Under the pieces are notes generated by a model. It was not told the origin of the DNA. It saw only the letters and a list, made by a program, of their open reading frames with translations, and made no database searches. This document shows positions 9,960 through 20,115 of a stretch of DNA of 64,000 nucleotides, one piece after another. Within the stretch, counting starts at the first letter, position 1. Every line of letters starts with the position of its first letter. Both the position numbers and the translations under genes were made by a program. The stretch covers positions 1,984,001-2,048,000 of the forward strand of contig CAVTCS010000003.1 of the NCBI GenBank assembly GCA_963733295.1, in the 5' to 3' direction. The DNA comes from Vulcanimicrobiota bacterium (GTDB taxonomy: Bacteria > Vulcanimicrobiota > Vulcanimicrobiia > Vulcanimicrobiales > Vulcanimicrobiaceae).

Positions 9960-11279
9960 ATGAAAAGTTACGCCACCCGGCGCGCCGAGTTCGCGCGCCG
10001 CATGGGCGCCGACGCCGCGGCGGTCATTCCCGCCGCGCATCATGCGACCCGCAACGCCGACACGGAATACGAATACCGTCAGAATTCTGACTTCTACTAC
10101 CTGACCGGCTTCAGCGAACCCGAAGCCGTTCTGGTTTTAGCTCCGCACGCGGCGGAGCCCGTGACCCTTTTCCTGCGTGCTCGCGACCGCGCGGCCGAGA
10201 TTTGGACCGGCCGCCGCCTCGGCGTCGAAGGCGCCGTCGCGGATCTGGGAATGGACGCAGCGTATCCGATAGCGGAACTCGCCGAACGGCTTCCGGCGCT
10301 CCTGACCGGCGCGACGACGCTTCATTACGGCCTAGCGCAGAACGAGCGCATGGACCGCACCGTCATGGATGCCGTCGGCGCAGCACGCTTCAGCGTGCGC
10401 CGGGGTGGCAAGGCGCCGCAAAACTTCGTCGAGCCAGGCGTCATCCTCCACGAAATGCGCCTGCGCAAGAGCGAACAAGAACTCGCCATCATGCGCCGAG
10501 CGGCCGCGGTTTCGCTCGCCGGGCACGAAGCCGGGATGCGCGCGACGCGGCCCGGGCTCGGAGAATGGGAACTCGAAGCGATCATCGAGTACCACTACCG
10601 GCTGGCGGGCGCGCAAGACGTCGCCTACCCTTCGATCGTGGCGAGCGGCGTCAACGCCACGATCCTTCACTACAATGTCAATCGCGACGTCCTGCGCGAC
10701 GGCGACCTCGTTCTCGTCGACAGCGGCGCCGAGGTCGACCTCTATGCGAGCGACGTGACCCGGACCTGGCCGGTCAACGGAAAGTTCTCGAGCGAGCAGC
10801 GGGCACTCTACGACATCGTGCTCCGCGCGCAAAAAGCCGGGATCGAACACGTGCGGACGGGCAAGCCGTTTAACGCGTACCACGACGCGGCCGTCCGCGT
10901 GCTGACCGAAGGTTTGGTCGACGTCGGACTCCTCGCCGGTTCGATCGATTCGCTGATCGAAGAGAATAAGTTTTTCGAGTTCTATCCGCACCGGACCGGT
11001 CATTGGATCGGTCTCGACGTGCACGATGCGGGACGCTACAAAGCCGACGACGATTCGTACCGGCTGCTCGAACCGGGCATGGTGCTAACGGTCGAGCCGG
11101 GCCTGTACGTTCAGCCCGATCTCGACGTACCGGAGCGCTGGAAAGGCATCGGCATTCGAATCGAGGACGACGTGCTTTGCACGAGCGGCGAACCCGACGT
11201 GCTCACGGCAGCGATCCCGAAGGAGATCGAAGACATCGAGCGCATCGCCGGTGCGGACGCGCTCGCGAGCGTTCGCTGA
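9960..11279 (+). CDS. pepP: Xaa-Pro aminopeptidase (M24B)
   Basis: YRQNSDFYYLTGF, YASDVTRTWP, GHWIGLDVHD, TVEPGLY, GIRIEDD. Confidence 0.92.
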   Translation: MKSYATRRAEFARRMGADAAAVIPAAHHATRNADTEYEYRQNSDFYYLTGFSEPEAVLVLAPHAAEPVTLFLRARDRAAEIWTGRRLGVEGAVADLGMDAAYPIAELAERLPALLTGATTLHYGLAQNERMDRTVMDAVGAARFSVRRGGKAPQNFVEPGVILHEMRLRKSEQELAIMRRAAAVSLAGHEAGMRATRPGLGEWELEAIIEYHYRLAGAQDVAYPSIVASGVNATILHYNVNRDVLRDGDLVLVDSGAEVDLYASDVTRTWPVNGKFSSEQRALYDIVLRAQKAGIEHVRTGKPFNAYHDAAVRVLTEGLVDVGLLAGSIDSLIEENKFFEFYPHRTGHWIGLDVHDAGRYKADDDSYRLLEPGMVLTVEPGLYVQPDLDVPERWKGIGIRIEDDVLCTSGEPDVLTAAIPKEIEDIERIAGADALASVR

Positions 11280-11282
11280 GCG

Positions 11283-12125
11283 ATGCGCGTCACCGTCATC
11301 GGAGCGTCCGGCTTCATCGGACGCCGCCTCTGCGCGGTCCTGCGCCAGAATAAACACGAGGTCGTCACCGCCTCGCTGCGCGATCCGGCGGCTGCGGCCG
11401 CGGCCTGCGATGGCTCCGACACCGTGGTCAATCTAGCCGGGGAGCCGGTCGCTCAGCGCTGGACTCCCGAGGCCAAGGAAAAGATCCGTTTTAGCCGAGT
11501 CGACGCGCAGCGCGCGCTCATCGAAGGGTTGGGAACGCTCGCGCAGCGTCCCAAGGCCTACGTCTCGGCTTCGGCAATCGGATACTACGGAGCGAGCGAC
11601 GACGAGCTGTTCACCGAATCGAGCCCACCGGGTCACGATTTCTTGGCCGGGGTTTGCGTTGCGTGGGAGGCCGAGGCCGATCGCGCGGCTCAGTACGGGA
11701 TGCGCGTCGCCAAGGTTCGCAATGGGGTCGTTTTGGGACTCGAGGGCGGAGCGCTCGCAAAGCTCTTGCCGATCTACATGATCGGCGCCGGCGGACCGGT
11801 CGCGAGCGGCCGGCAGTGGAATTCGTGGATCCATCTCGACGACTGCGTCAACATCTTCCTTCGCGCCGCCGTCACGGCCGACGGCGTGCTGAACGCGACC
11901 GCGCCGACCGCGGTGCGCAATGCGGAGTTCGCCAAAGCTCTCGGCGCCGCCGTCAAACGCCCCGCCGTGGTGCCCGTCCCCGAGTTCGCGGTCAAGTTGC
12001 TGCTGGGCGAAGGCGCGTCAATGATTACGCAGGGGCAGCGCGTGTTGCCGGAGCGAACGCTTCAGGTTGGATATCAGTTCCGCTACGACACGATCGACGC
12101 CGCCCTAGCGCAACTGTTCCACTAA
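11283..12125 (+). CDS. TIGR01777/YfcH-like NAD-dependent epimerase family protein
   Basis: GASGFIG, VNLAGEPV, SASAIGYYG, SGRQWNSWIH. Confidence 0.88.
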   Translation: MRVTVIGASGFIGRRLCAVLRQNKHEVVTASLRDPAAAAAACDGSDTVVNLAGEPVAQRWTPEAKEKIRFSRVDAQRALIEGLGTLAQRPKAYVSASAIGYYGASDDELFTESSPPGHDFLAGVCVAWEAEADRAAQYGMRVAKVRNGVVLGLEGGALAKLLPIYMIGAGGPVASGRQWNSWIHLDDCVNIFLRAAVTADGVLNATAPTAVRNAEFAKALGAAVKRPAVVPVPEFAVKLLLGEGASMITQGQRVLPERTLQVGYQFRYDTIDAALAQLFH

Positions 12126-12138
12126 ACGAAGGAGATTG

Positions 12139-12597
12139 ATGGCCAAGCTCTCGGCCGGCGACGACGCCCCCGATTTCACGCTAAAGACGGAGAAGGGCGA
12201 CGTCGCGCACCTCGCGGATGCGTTGAAGAGCGGTCCGGTCGTTTTGATTTTCTATCCGATGGACAACACGCCGGGTTGCACGGCGCAGCTCTGCGCCGTG
12301 CGCGACGGAGCCTCGCAATATGCGGCCGCCGGCGTCACGGTGTGGGGTGTGAACAACGGAACGGCGCAATCGCACCAAGGCTTCATCGCAAAGCACGGCT
12401 TCAGCGCACCGCTCCTGGTTGACGAGGACTTCGAAGTCGCGAAGAGCTACGACGCGGTCCTCGGCCTCGGCCCCTTGCGCTTCATCAACCGCACCGTCGT
12501 CGGCGTCGGCCGCGACGGCGAGATCCTCTACTACAAGCGCGGCTCGCCCTCTACGGATGAGATCTTAGCCGCGGTCGGAGCCTCGCCGGCGGCGTAG
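12139..12597 (+). CDS. bcp: BCP/PrxQ peroxiredoxin
   Basis: FYPMDNTPGCTAQLC. Confidence 0.85.
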   Translation: MAKLSAGDDAPDFTLKTEKGDVAHLADALKSGPVVLIFYPMDNTPGCTAQLCAVRDGASQYAAAGVTVWGVNNGTAQSHQGFIAKHGFSAPLLVDEDFEVAKSYDAVLGLGPLRFINRTVVGVGRDGEILYYKRGSPSTDEILAAVGASPAA

Positions 12598-12607
12598 TCC
12601 GCGCGCG

Positions 12608-13561
12608 TTACGGAGTGGCGGTGGCGAGCCGCTCGGCCGATCGTTCAGCGTCGAGGTCTTCGAGATACTTTTCGGCGTCCATCGAGGCACGGCAGCCGAG
12701 TCCAGCCGCGGTAACCGCCTGTTTGTAGCGGATGTCGTACACGTCGCCCGCGACGAAGACGCCCGGCACGCTCGTGCGCACTCCATCGGACGACACGATG
12801 TAGCCCTTGGCGTCCAGCTCGAGCTGTCCGCTAAAGATCGAAGTATTCGGGTCGTGACCGATCGCGATGAACAGCGCGTCCGCAGCCAACTCTCGCCGCT
12901 CGCCGCTCTTTAGGTCGCGCAACACGAGCGCCTGGAGGTGATGCTCGCCCTTTGCTTCCTCGACCGCGGTGCTCCAGACGAACTCGATCTTCGGATGCGC
13001 GAACGCGCGGTCGGCCATGATCTTGCTGGCGCGCAGCGCGTCGCGACGATGGACGACCGTCACGCGCGAGCCGAAGCGCGTCAGAAAAAGCGCCTCTTCC
13101 ATCGCGGAGTCGCCGCCGCCGGCGACGACGATGTGCCGCTCGCGAAAGAACGCGCCGTCGCAGGTCGCGCAGGTCGAGACGCCACGCCCGCGGAGATGCT
13201 CCTCGCCCGGGATTCCGAGCCAGCGTGCGCTGGCGCCCGTCGCGACGATGACACTGTCGGCCTCGTACTCGACGTCGTCCGCGTGGATGCGGAACGGCCG
13301 GCGCGAGAAATCGACGCTCGTGACGTCGACGTTTGAAATCTGCGCTCCGAACCGTTCGGCCTGCGCGCGAAAGAGCTCCATGAGCTCGGGTCCGAGGATC
13401 CCGTTCGGAAAGCCCGGATAGTTCTCGACCTCGGTCGTGAACATCAGTTGGCCGCCGTACTGCGCGCCGGCGAAGACGAGCGGCGCAAGGTTCGCGCGCG
13501 CGGCGTAAATCGCGGCCGTCAGACCCGCCGGGCCCGAGCCGATGATGATGAGCCGTTCCAT
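12608..13561 (-). CDS. trxB: Thioredoxin-disulfide reductase
   Basis: IIGSGPAGLTAAIY, CATCDG, GGGDSAMEEA; ATG at 13561. Confidence 0.95.
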   Translation of the reverse strand: MERLIIIGSGPAGLTAAIYAARANLAPLVFAGAQYGGQLMFTTEVENYPGFPNGILGPELMELFRAQAERFGAQISNVDVTSVDFSRRPFRIHADDVEYEADSVIVATGASARWLGIPGEEHLRGRGVSTCATCDGAFFRERHIVVAGGGDSAMEEALFLTRFGSRVTVVHRRDALRASKIMADRAFAHPKIEFVWSTAVEEAKGEHHLQALVLRDLKSGERRELAADALFIAIGHDPNTSIFSGQLELDAKGYIVSSDGVRTSVPGVFVAGDVYDIRYKQAVTAAGLGCRASMDAEKYLEDLDAERSAERLATATP

Positions 13562-13616
13562 TCCGGTGGGTTCGACCGCAGGGGAATTGTCTCCGGTTGC
13601 GCCGCAAGAGGTTTCC

Positions 13617-14435
13617 GTGCTCGAGGACGAATTCGGCGACATACTTCGCAAGGCCAAGCGCGGCACGGGGATCGGCGACGCGCAGATTGCCGGCCAAACC
13701 GGTCTCAGTCTCCACGACTTGGACGCCTGGACTCGCGGCGACGGCGTACCCGGCGATGAGGAGGCCCGCGCGATCGCACGCGCGTTGCACCTCGACCCCG
13801 GCAAGCTCGCGGATGCGGCCGCGCAGCGCTGGGAACCGCACGTGCGCATTCCCGCCGACGTGCGCCACCATCCGCAAGATCCGCATCCCTCGAACGGCTA
13901 TCTCTTCTTTCTCGAAGACGGACGCACCGCCGCGCTGATCGATCCGGCAGGCATACCGCAAAATCTCATGCGCGCCATCGGCGAAGGTCCGTACGTCTTA
14001 CGCTACATTCTCATCACGCACAAACACGCCGACCACTGCGATGCGACGGGCGACGTCGCCAAAGCTTTTCCACAGGCGCAAATCGTCATGCATCGCTCAG
14101 ACGTGGCCGCCATCGGAGCTTTGGCAAAGCAAGCCCTTCCGATCCGTGACGGCGAGGGGTTACCGTTCGGCGAGAACGCAGCGATTCGCATGCTGCACAC
14201 GCCCGGACACACCGACGGATCGTCGTGCTTCCTCTTCCACTCGACGCTGTTCACCGGCGACACGCTCTTCGCCGGCAGCGTCGGCGGCGCGTTCGGAGAT
14301 CGCAGCACCTATCGCGACATCCTCGACAGCGTGCGCACGAAGATCTTCGCACTCGACGACGCCACGGTCCTGATGCCGGGCCACGGCCCACCCTCGACGG
14401 TCGCCGAGGAAAAGGCGCATAACCCGTTCTTCTAG
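13617..14435 (+). CDS. MBL-fold metallo-hydrolase with N-terminal XRE-like HTH
   Basis: LEDEFGDILRKAKRG helical N-terminus; THKHADH, HTPGHT, FTGDTLF, PGHGP; GTG 13617 after GAGG. Confidence 0.8.
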   Translation: MLEDEFGDILRKAKRGTGIGDAQIAGQTGLSLHDLDAWTRGDGVPGDEEARAIARALHLDPGKLADAAAQRWEPHVRIPADVRHHPQDPHPSNGYLFFLEDGRTAALIDPAGIPQNLMRAIGEGPYVLRYILITHKHADHCDATGDVAKAFPQAQIVMHRSDVAAIGALAKQALPIRDGEGLPFGENAAIRMLHTPGHTDGSSCFLFHSTLFTGDTLFAGSVGGAFGDRSTYRDILDSVRTKIFALDDATVLMPGHGPPSTVAEEKAHNPFF

Positions 14436-14535
14436 CAGCCGTGGTAGGTCCCACCGGTCTACCCGATAATCTGCTCAAGGGATCCACCGATTTGAGAACG
14501 GGTTAACCTAATATCAACAAGCAGGAGTAAGAAAC

Positions 14536-14877
14536 ATGTTTGCGCGACTCATGGGGCTCGATGCCATTTCACCCGATGGACTGCATCAAATGATACAAAA
14601 GCGGCAGGTGACTGTCATCGACGTCAATTCTCGTGAAAGCTGGATTAAGGCGCGCGTTCCTGGCGCATTGAATCTTGATCCTGCCGACTACAATGAGAGC
14701 GATCTACCGCCAGACAAAGAATCTGGCCTGGTGTTTTATTGCTCTAATCCCATGTGCAGAAAGGCACCCAATGCGGCTCGCCGAGCCAAGAAGATGGGCT
14801 ATAGCAATGTGAAGGTAATGTCAGCGGGTATCAGTGGCTGGCTCGCCACTAAGCTGCCGACAGAAGGCGGAGAGTGA
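14536..14877 (+). CDS. Single-domain rhodanese-like protein (atypical, AT-richer composition)
   Basis: VIDV..VPGA, FYCSNPMCRK, GISGW; AGGAG RBS. Confidence 0.85.
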   Translation: MFARLMGLDAISPDGLHQMIQKRQVTVIDVNSRESWIKARVPGALNLDPADYNESDLPPDKESGLVFYCSNPMCRKAPNAARRAKKMGYSNVKVMSAGISGWLATKLPTEGGE

Positions 14878-14884
14878 GCGCCCT

Positions 14885-15082
14885 TCAGTGGTCGATAAAG
14901 TCGGAAGCTTCCTTCATCGTGGGGTCGAGCCGCAAGCTCTCGTACGCGTATTTCCGTTCTTCGTGGCCACCGGGGACTATGACACGCACGACGACCTCGT
15001 GCGCGTGCACTTCCTTGACGGTGCCTTCTTCTTTCGTCCCGTCGATGTAGACGTGGTCGCCGGCCTTCAGCATCTCGCACAC
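14885..15082 (-). CDS. Small hypothetical protein (KOW/SH3-like pattern)
   Basis: LKAGDHVYI...GTVKEV; host-like codon usage. Confidence 0.6.
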   Translation of the reverse strand: MCEMLKAGDHVYIDGTKEEGTVKEVHAHEVVVRVIVPGGHEERKYAYESLRLDPTMKEASDFIDH

Positions 15083-15202
15083 GTTCCTTGAACGCGCGCG
15101 CGTCGCCTGTTCGGGCCTGCCCGCGCGGAACTCGGGCGATCTCGATTAACCCGTTCTTTCCGTAAGGTTTAGGACTGGCGTTTTTGTGGCATTTTGGACT
15201 TG

Positions 15203-15451
15203 ATGAAGCAAAAGGTAGAAGCGATCTTCGACCTGCGGGCGGCGGCCGAGGCTCACGCGCGTGCCGAGGTTGCAGTCGAACAGGCGCCCACCCCCGCAAA
15301 AAAGGACAAACTGCTCGACGCTAAGGTCGCGCTCGGGGAGGCGACGCAAGACGCGATCGAGGCTTGCGAACACTGCTCGATCCCGCACGGAAAGAACGAT
15401 TCGTGTAAGGTCCTCGAGTTTCCGCAAACGCAGGACGAACCCCGAGTCTAG
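15203..15451 (+). CDS. Small helical hypothetical protein with CxxC..H..C tail
   Basis: ORF with host-like codon usage, CEHCSIPHGKNDSC. Confidence 0.55.
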   Translation: MKQKVEAIFDLRAAAEAHARAEVAVEQAPTPAKKDKLLDAKVALGEATQDAIEACEHCSIPHGKNDSCKVLEFPQTQDEPRV

Positions 15452-15867
15452 AGGCTCGCTTCGCCTTCGTTCTGCCCTGCGGCAGGGAGACTCATCTCGA
15501 GCCGCACCCCCGTGCCGCTTTCAAAATACGTAACGCGATCGAGGAGGCTTTTCATCAAGAAGAGACCCCAGCCGCGCAGATTGGAATTCGGACCCGGCAG
15601 GGGTTCCGCGGGTGCGTTGAAGCCTTGGCCACGATCTTTTATCTCGATGATGAGCGAGGTTCCGTCGAAGCGACAACGCACTTCGAAGAATCCGCGCAGC
15701 CGGCATCCGTGCTCGATCGCATTCGAGATTGCTTCCCCGGCTGCGAGCTCGAGATCGCCGAGCCGGTCGCCCTGAAAGCCGCACGCTTGCGCGAAGGTTG
15801 AAACCGACCGGCGCGCCGCGCCGGCGCTCTCCGGCGAAGCGCGGTAGCGCATTCGTAGTCCGGTCAT
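15448..15867 (-). CDS. RsbW-like anti-sigma factor/Ser kinase (HATPase_c_2)
   Basis: EAISNAIEHG, DRGQGF, RGWGLFLM. Confidence 0.8.
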   Translation of the reverse strand: MTGLRMRYRASPESAGAARRSVSTFAQACGFQGDRLGDLELAAGEAISNAIEHGCRLRGFFEVRCRFDGTSLIIEIKDRGQGFNAPAEPLPGPNSNLRGWGLFLMKSLLDRVTYFESGTGVRLEMSLPAAGQNEGEASL

Positions 15868-15962
15868 TGGCGCAACGCTTACGAATGCGCGCAGCCCGGA
15901 CCCTGCCTGACAAGCGTCCCTGAGGCACGAAAACGCCAAAGTGTGAAGTCGATGTGATGCGT

Positions 15963-17645
15963 CTAAGTCGTTACGCTCGAAGTGTCGGCGCCGTCGGTTT
16001 CGATGACTCGCACTTTACCGGGAGCCGCGTTTTTGTCCGGCGGAACGAGTTGGAATTCGATGATCTTCACGCCGGATGCCGGGATGTCGACTTTGACTTT
16101 GAAGGGCGCGCAAATGCGATCGGTGCAGAACGACGCGACCCAACCCTTCGGCAGGTCTGCGGTACTCAGCGCGATGCTCTTGCCGGCGGTACCCGCAACG
16201 ACCAACCGATATTTGATCGTGTTCGGAACGCTGCCGGGCAAATCGGCGCCGGTCCACGGAGCCAACGACAGCGCCGTTTTCGCCGGGCTCGTCAAGCTCA
16301 GAGCCACGATGCCCTCTTGACCTTCCTCGAGATCCATGTCGTGACGCGAGTCCTTCGGAGGCAGCTGCGCGGCGACGGTCACGGCCGCTTCGAACTCCGC
16401 TCGCGCCCCGGCGGGATCGCCGCCTTTGACGTGAGCCCGGCCCGCGTACAGGTGCGCCGAAGCCAACAGCCGCAGCGCGTGAACGTCGCCCGGTTTCGCA
16501 GCGACCTGCGCTTCTCCGACCGAGGCGGCCTTCGCAAACGTCGCGTACGACTCGTCGAAGCGCTTCATCGACGCATAGGCGTTCCCGAGATCGATCAAAG
16601 CGCCGACGCTCGTGGGATCGAGGGCGACGATCTTCTGATCGGCATCGATCGTAAGATCGTATTGCTTGAGACGCGCGCCGGCGATAGGCAAGACCGCCGA
16701 GCGCATCGTCGTCCTTCGGATCGATTGCGACTGCGGCTTGATAGTCGTCGCGGGCCTCGACCCACTGTTCCCGTGCGCTCGCCGCATCGCCGCGCAAGCG
16801 CGCCAACAGCTCTTTATCGGCTTCGCTCGTTGCGACCGGTGCGAGCGCGGCGATCGCTCGATCGCGCAAAGCCGCCTGTTCGCTGCGCGTCTTGAGGAGG
16901 TCGCTGGGATTTCCGGAAGCGGCGTCGCTGTCGTCGAGCATGTCATCGGCTTTTGAAATTAGCGCGTCGGCCTTCTTGGCATCCGCGACGATCGCGGCAG
17001 TGTCGCCGCTGAAGGACGGCGTTCCTTGCGTCAAGCAGCGCGTCGACTTTGGCTTGCTGCGGCGAGACGATCGTGGCGTTTTGGCCTTGCGCGGCTGCGG
17101 CCGTAAAGGCGGCGAGTTGCGCTGGAGCGATGACGTCGATGTAGCGTGCACGCAGAATGCCTTGCGGATCGATCACGTACGTCGTCGGAAAGTATTGAAT
17201 GTCGTAGGCCGTCTCGAATTTCTTCTCCGAGTCGATCGCGAGCGGATAAGGCACACCTTTCGCGATCGCATACGCCTGCACGATCGGCGCCTGCTCGGTC
17301 GTGTCGACGCCGAGAAACTCGACGCCCTTGGAGCGGAGCTTGGCGTAGCTCGAAATCACGTCGGGCATCTCTTGCCTGCACGGCGGACACCACGTCGCCC
17401 AGACGTTGATGACCAGCGTCTTCCCGCGGAAACTCTCGAGGGTGACGGTACGCCCGTCAATCGTGGGCAGACTGAAGTTGGGCGCGGGTTCGCCGATTTG
17501 AGGTCCCGTCAGGGCCTTCACCGGCGACTACGCCGGCCGGCGGCGCGGCGGCGGGTTGCGAGGGCGGGCCTTCGGCAGCACGGGATGGCGAGGCGCCGGC
17601 CGCAAGGGCTCCCGCGGCGAGCAGGCTGAGCATGAGACGCTTCAT
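15963..17645 (-). CDS. Secreted TlpA/ResA thiol-disulfide oxidoreductase fused to TPR and C-terminal beta domain; split by about 3 frameshifts
   Basis: Signal peptide (17645), WATWCPPC, TPR-like segments in successive frames (shifts near 17525, 17025, 16690). Confidence 0.75.
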
Positions 17646-17688
17646 GCGGCACAGTTCGACCCGCCGCGCGCCCCGTTCCCCCGTGCGC

Positions 17689-18456
17689 TCAGGTCCGGAG
17701 CTTGTAGCCGCGCGCGGTCATCTCGAATGCGATCCCCAGCGAGAGCGCGGTCAGCAGGCTGACGACCGCCAGCGACATCCCGAGCGACACGTCGCTGTGC
17801 CCCGTGTACGAGTAGCGTAGCGCGTCGATCATGTAGAACATCGGATTGAAGTACGAGATGTGCTTCACGAGCGGAGGCAAGAACTGCGACGTCGTGAACA
17901 CGCCGCCGACGAAGACGAGCGGCGTAATCACGAAGGTCGTCAGAACGGCGATGTGGTCGAATTTCTCGGCCAGCAGCCCGCAAATCAGACCGAGCGAACC
18001 AAACAACATCGCGACGAGAACGACGACTCCGAAAAAGAGCAGCCAGTTCTGCGGCAAAGTGTGCACCATCGCAAATCCGACCACGAAGATCAAGACCGCG
18101 ATGATCAGCGCGCGCAGCACCGCCGCGGCGACGTAGCCGGAAACGATCTCGAGCGCGGACATCGGAGCGATGAGCATCTCTTGGATCGCGTTCAAGAAGC
18201 GGCTCTGGAAGAGCGAACTCGACGACTCGCCGTACGTTTGGTCGATCACCTGCAGCATGATGAGCCCGGGGATAAGAAACGCCGCGTACGGAACGCCGTC
18301 GACGCTCTGAACTCGGCTGCCCAGTCCCAAGCCGAATACCAGGACGTACAGAATCGTCGTGATGATCGGTGGCCAAATCACTTGGTTGATGACCTTGTAC
18401 GTCCGCACGAGTTCGCGCTTGACGAGCGTTTGGAAACCGATGGGGTTCGCGAACAT
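17689..18456 (-). CDS. ABC-2 transporter permease (YadH-like)
   Basis: PPIITTILY.LVFG, FLIPGLIM, NPMFYMID. Confidence 0.88.
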   Translation of the reverse strand: MFANPIGFQTLVKRELVRTYKVINQVIWPPIITTILYVLVFGLGLGSRVQSVDGVPYAAFLIPGLIMLQVIDQTYGESSSSLFQSRFLNAIQEMLIAPMSALEIVSGYVAAAVLRALIIAVLIFVVGFAMVHTLPQNWLLFFGVVVLVAMLFGSLGLICGLLAEKFDHIAVLTTFVITPLVFVGGVFTTSQFLPPLVKHISYFNPMFYMIDALRYSYTGHSDVSLGMSLAVVSLLTALSLGIAFEMTARGYKLRT

Positions 18457-19388
18457 CAGCGCTTCACCAGTTCGAGGAAAACGTCTTGCAGGCTCGAGCG
18501 CGTGAAGTCGACGTTGACGATTTCGCAACCCAGGCGCTCGAGTTCCGCCAGTGTCGGCGCGATCGCGCCGGGAGCAAGGTCGTCGATGTGCAGCGTCTTC
18601 GTGGCGCGGTCAAAGCGCGCGCCGAGTCCGGCCAACCCTGCAGGCAGCGGATCCAGAACGCGATCGAGCGTCACGCTAAAGGTCGTCTGTCCCCGCCGCG
18701 CGAGCAGCTTCGGCGTAGAATCCATCGCGACGATCCGGCCGCTTTCAATGATAGCGACGTTGCGGCAGAGCGTCTCGGCCTCTTCGAGGTAGTGGGTCGT
18801 GAGGATGATCGTCGTGCCCGCGGCGTTCAACTCGCGCAAGAGCTCCCACAGCTCGATGCGCAGCTCGACGTCGACGCCGGCGGTCGGTTCGTCGAGGATC
18901 AAGAGTTCCGGCTGGTGGATCATCGCGCGCGCCAGCGAGAGGCGACGCTTCATGCCACCCGAGAGGTGCGTGTAGGTCTCGCGAGACTTCGAGGTTAGGC
19001 CGAACCGCTCGAGCAACTCGTCGGCCCGCCCGCGTACCGCCTGCGGCGGCAAACCGTAGTAACCGGCCTGGTAGATCAAGACGTCGCGAATCGAGAGGTA
19101 GCGGTCGAAGTTGTATTCCTGTGGCGCCAGGCCGATCAGCCGGCGCGCGACGCGCCAGTCGGTAACCGTATCGTGCCCGAAGACCGCGATGCGGCCCGAG
19201 TCGATCTTGGCGAGACCGACGATCGCATTGATCGTCGTCGTCTTACCCGCGCCGTTCGGCCCCAAGAACCCGAAGAAGTCTCCCGCCTCGACCGCAAGCG
19301 AAACGTCGTCGACCGCCCGGAACGAGCCGTAACTCTTGCACAGATGCTCGACGCGCAGCGCCGGCAGCGGCTCAGGGGATCCGTTCAT
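18456..19388 (-). CDS. ABC transporter ATP-binding protein (YadG-like)
   Basis: GPNGAGKTT, LSGGMKRR, LDEPTAGVDVELR. Confidence 0.92.
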   Translation of the reverse strand: MNGSPEPLPALRVEHLCKSYGSFRAVDDVSLAVEAGDFFGFLGPNGAGKTTTINAIVGLAKIDSGRIAVFGHDTVTDWRVARRLIGLAPQEYNFDRYLSIRDVLIYQAGYYGLPPQAVRGRADELLERFGLTSKSRETYTHLSGGMKRRLSLARAMIHQPELLILDEPTAGVDVELRIELWELLRELNAAGTTIILTTHYLEEAETLCRNVAIIESGRIVAMDSTPKLLARRGQTTFSVTLDRVLDPLPAGLAGLGARFDRATKTLHIDDLAPGAIAPTLAELERLGCEIVNVDFTRSSLQDVFLELVKR

Positions 19389-20100
19389 CCAACTCCTTGT
19401 ACCGGTGGCGCCTCAGGACTCTGATGCGATGCTCCGTCTCAGGCATGCCGCTCTTCTCGATGTCTCGCACGACTTTCTCTACGTCGAACGCGACGCGCCG
19501 GTGCTTGACCTGCCAGCCGTCCGGGCGCTGTGTAAAGATGGCGTAGCTCGCGCGCGGATCGCCGTCCTTGGGCAACCCGGCGGACGCAACGTTGACGAGC
19601 AAGCGATCCCGCCAGCGCCGAACGTACGGCAAGTGCAAGTGTCCGAACGCGATCGTTCGTTCCGCCACGCCGTCGAGCACTCGTTCCAAGAACGCTTCTT
19701 CGGCGTTCGGCCAAACGTGTTCGTCGTCGCTTTTTGGATTGGCGTGCACGACCAGTAACCCGTCCGCGTCCTCGCCGAAGTGCAGCGAGAAGGGAAGCTC
19801 GAACAAGAAGCGCGTCCACTCGGGACCGATCTGCTCGCGCTGCCAAGCGACTTCCCCGAGGTCATGGCGGCCGGCGTCGAACGCCCGAACGTCGCCGATG
19901 TAGCGGTCGGTGTTGCCGCGCACGCACTTCGCACCGGTCGACTGCAAGCGCTCGAGCACCTCACGCGGTCGCGGACCGTCCAGGCACAAGTCACCGGCCG
20001 CAACGAGCACCTCGGCCCCACCTTGCTCGGCCAGATCGGCGAGGCACGCGTCGAGGCCGCGGACGTTTCCGTGGATGTCGGAAAAGATCGCGATCCGCAT
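19372..20100 (-). CDS. Metallophosphoesterase (calcineurin-like)
   Basis: SDIHGN, AGDL, RGNTD, FGHLH. Confidence 0.88.
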   Translation of the reverse strand: MRIAIFSDIHGNVRGLDACLADLAEQGGAEVLVAAGDLCLDGPRPREVLERLQSTGAKCVRGNTDRYIGDVRAFDAGRHDLGEVAWQREQIGPEWTRFLFELPFSLHFGEDADGLLVVHANPKSDDEHVWPNAEEAFLERVLDGVAERTIAFGHLHLPYVRRWRDRLLVNVASAGLPKDGDPRASYAIFTQRPDGWQVKHRRVAFDVEKVVRDIEKSGMPETEHRIRVLRRHRYKELDERIP

Positions 20101-20115
20101 TAGTGGCCCGTAACA

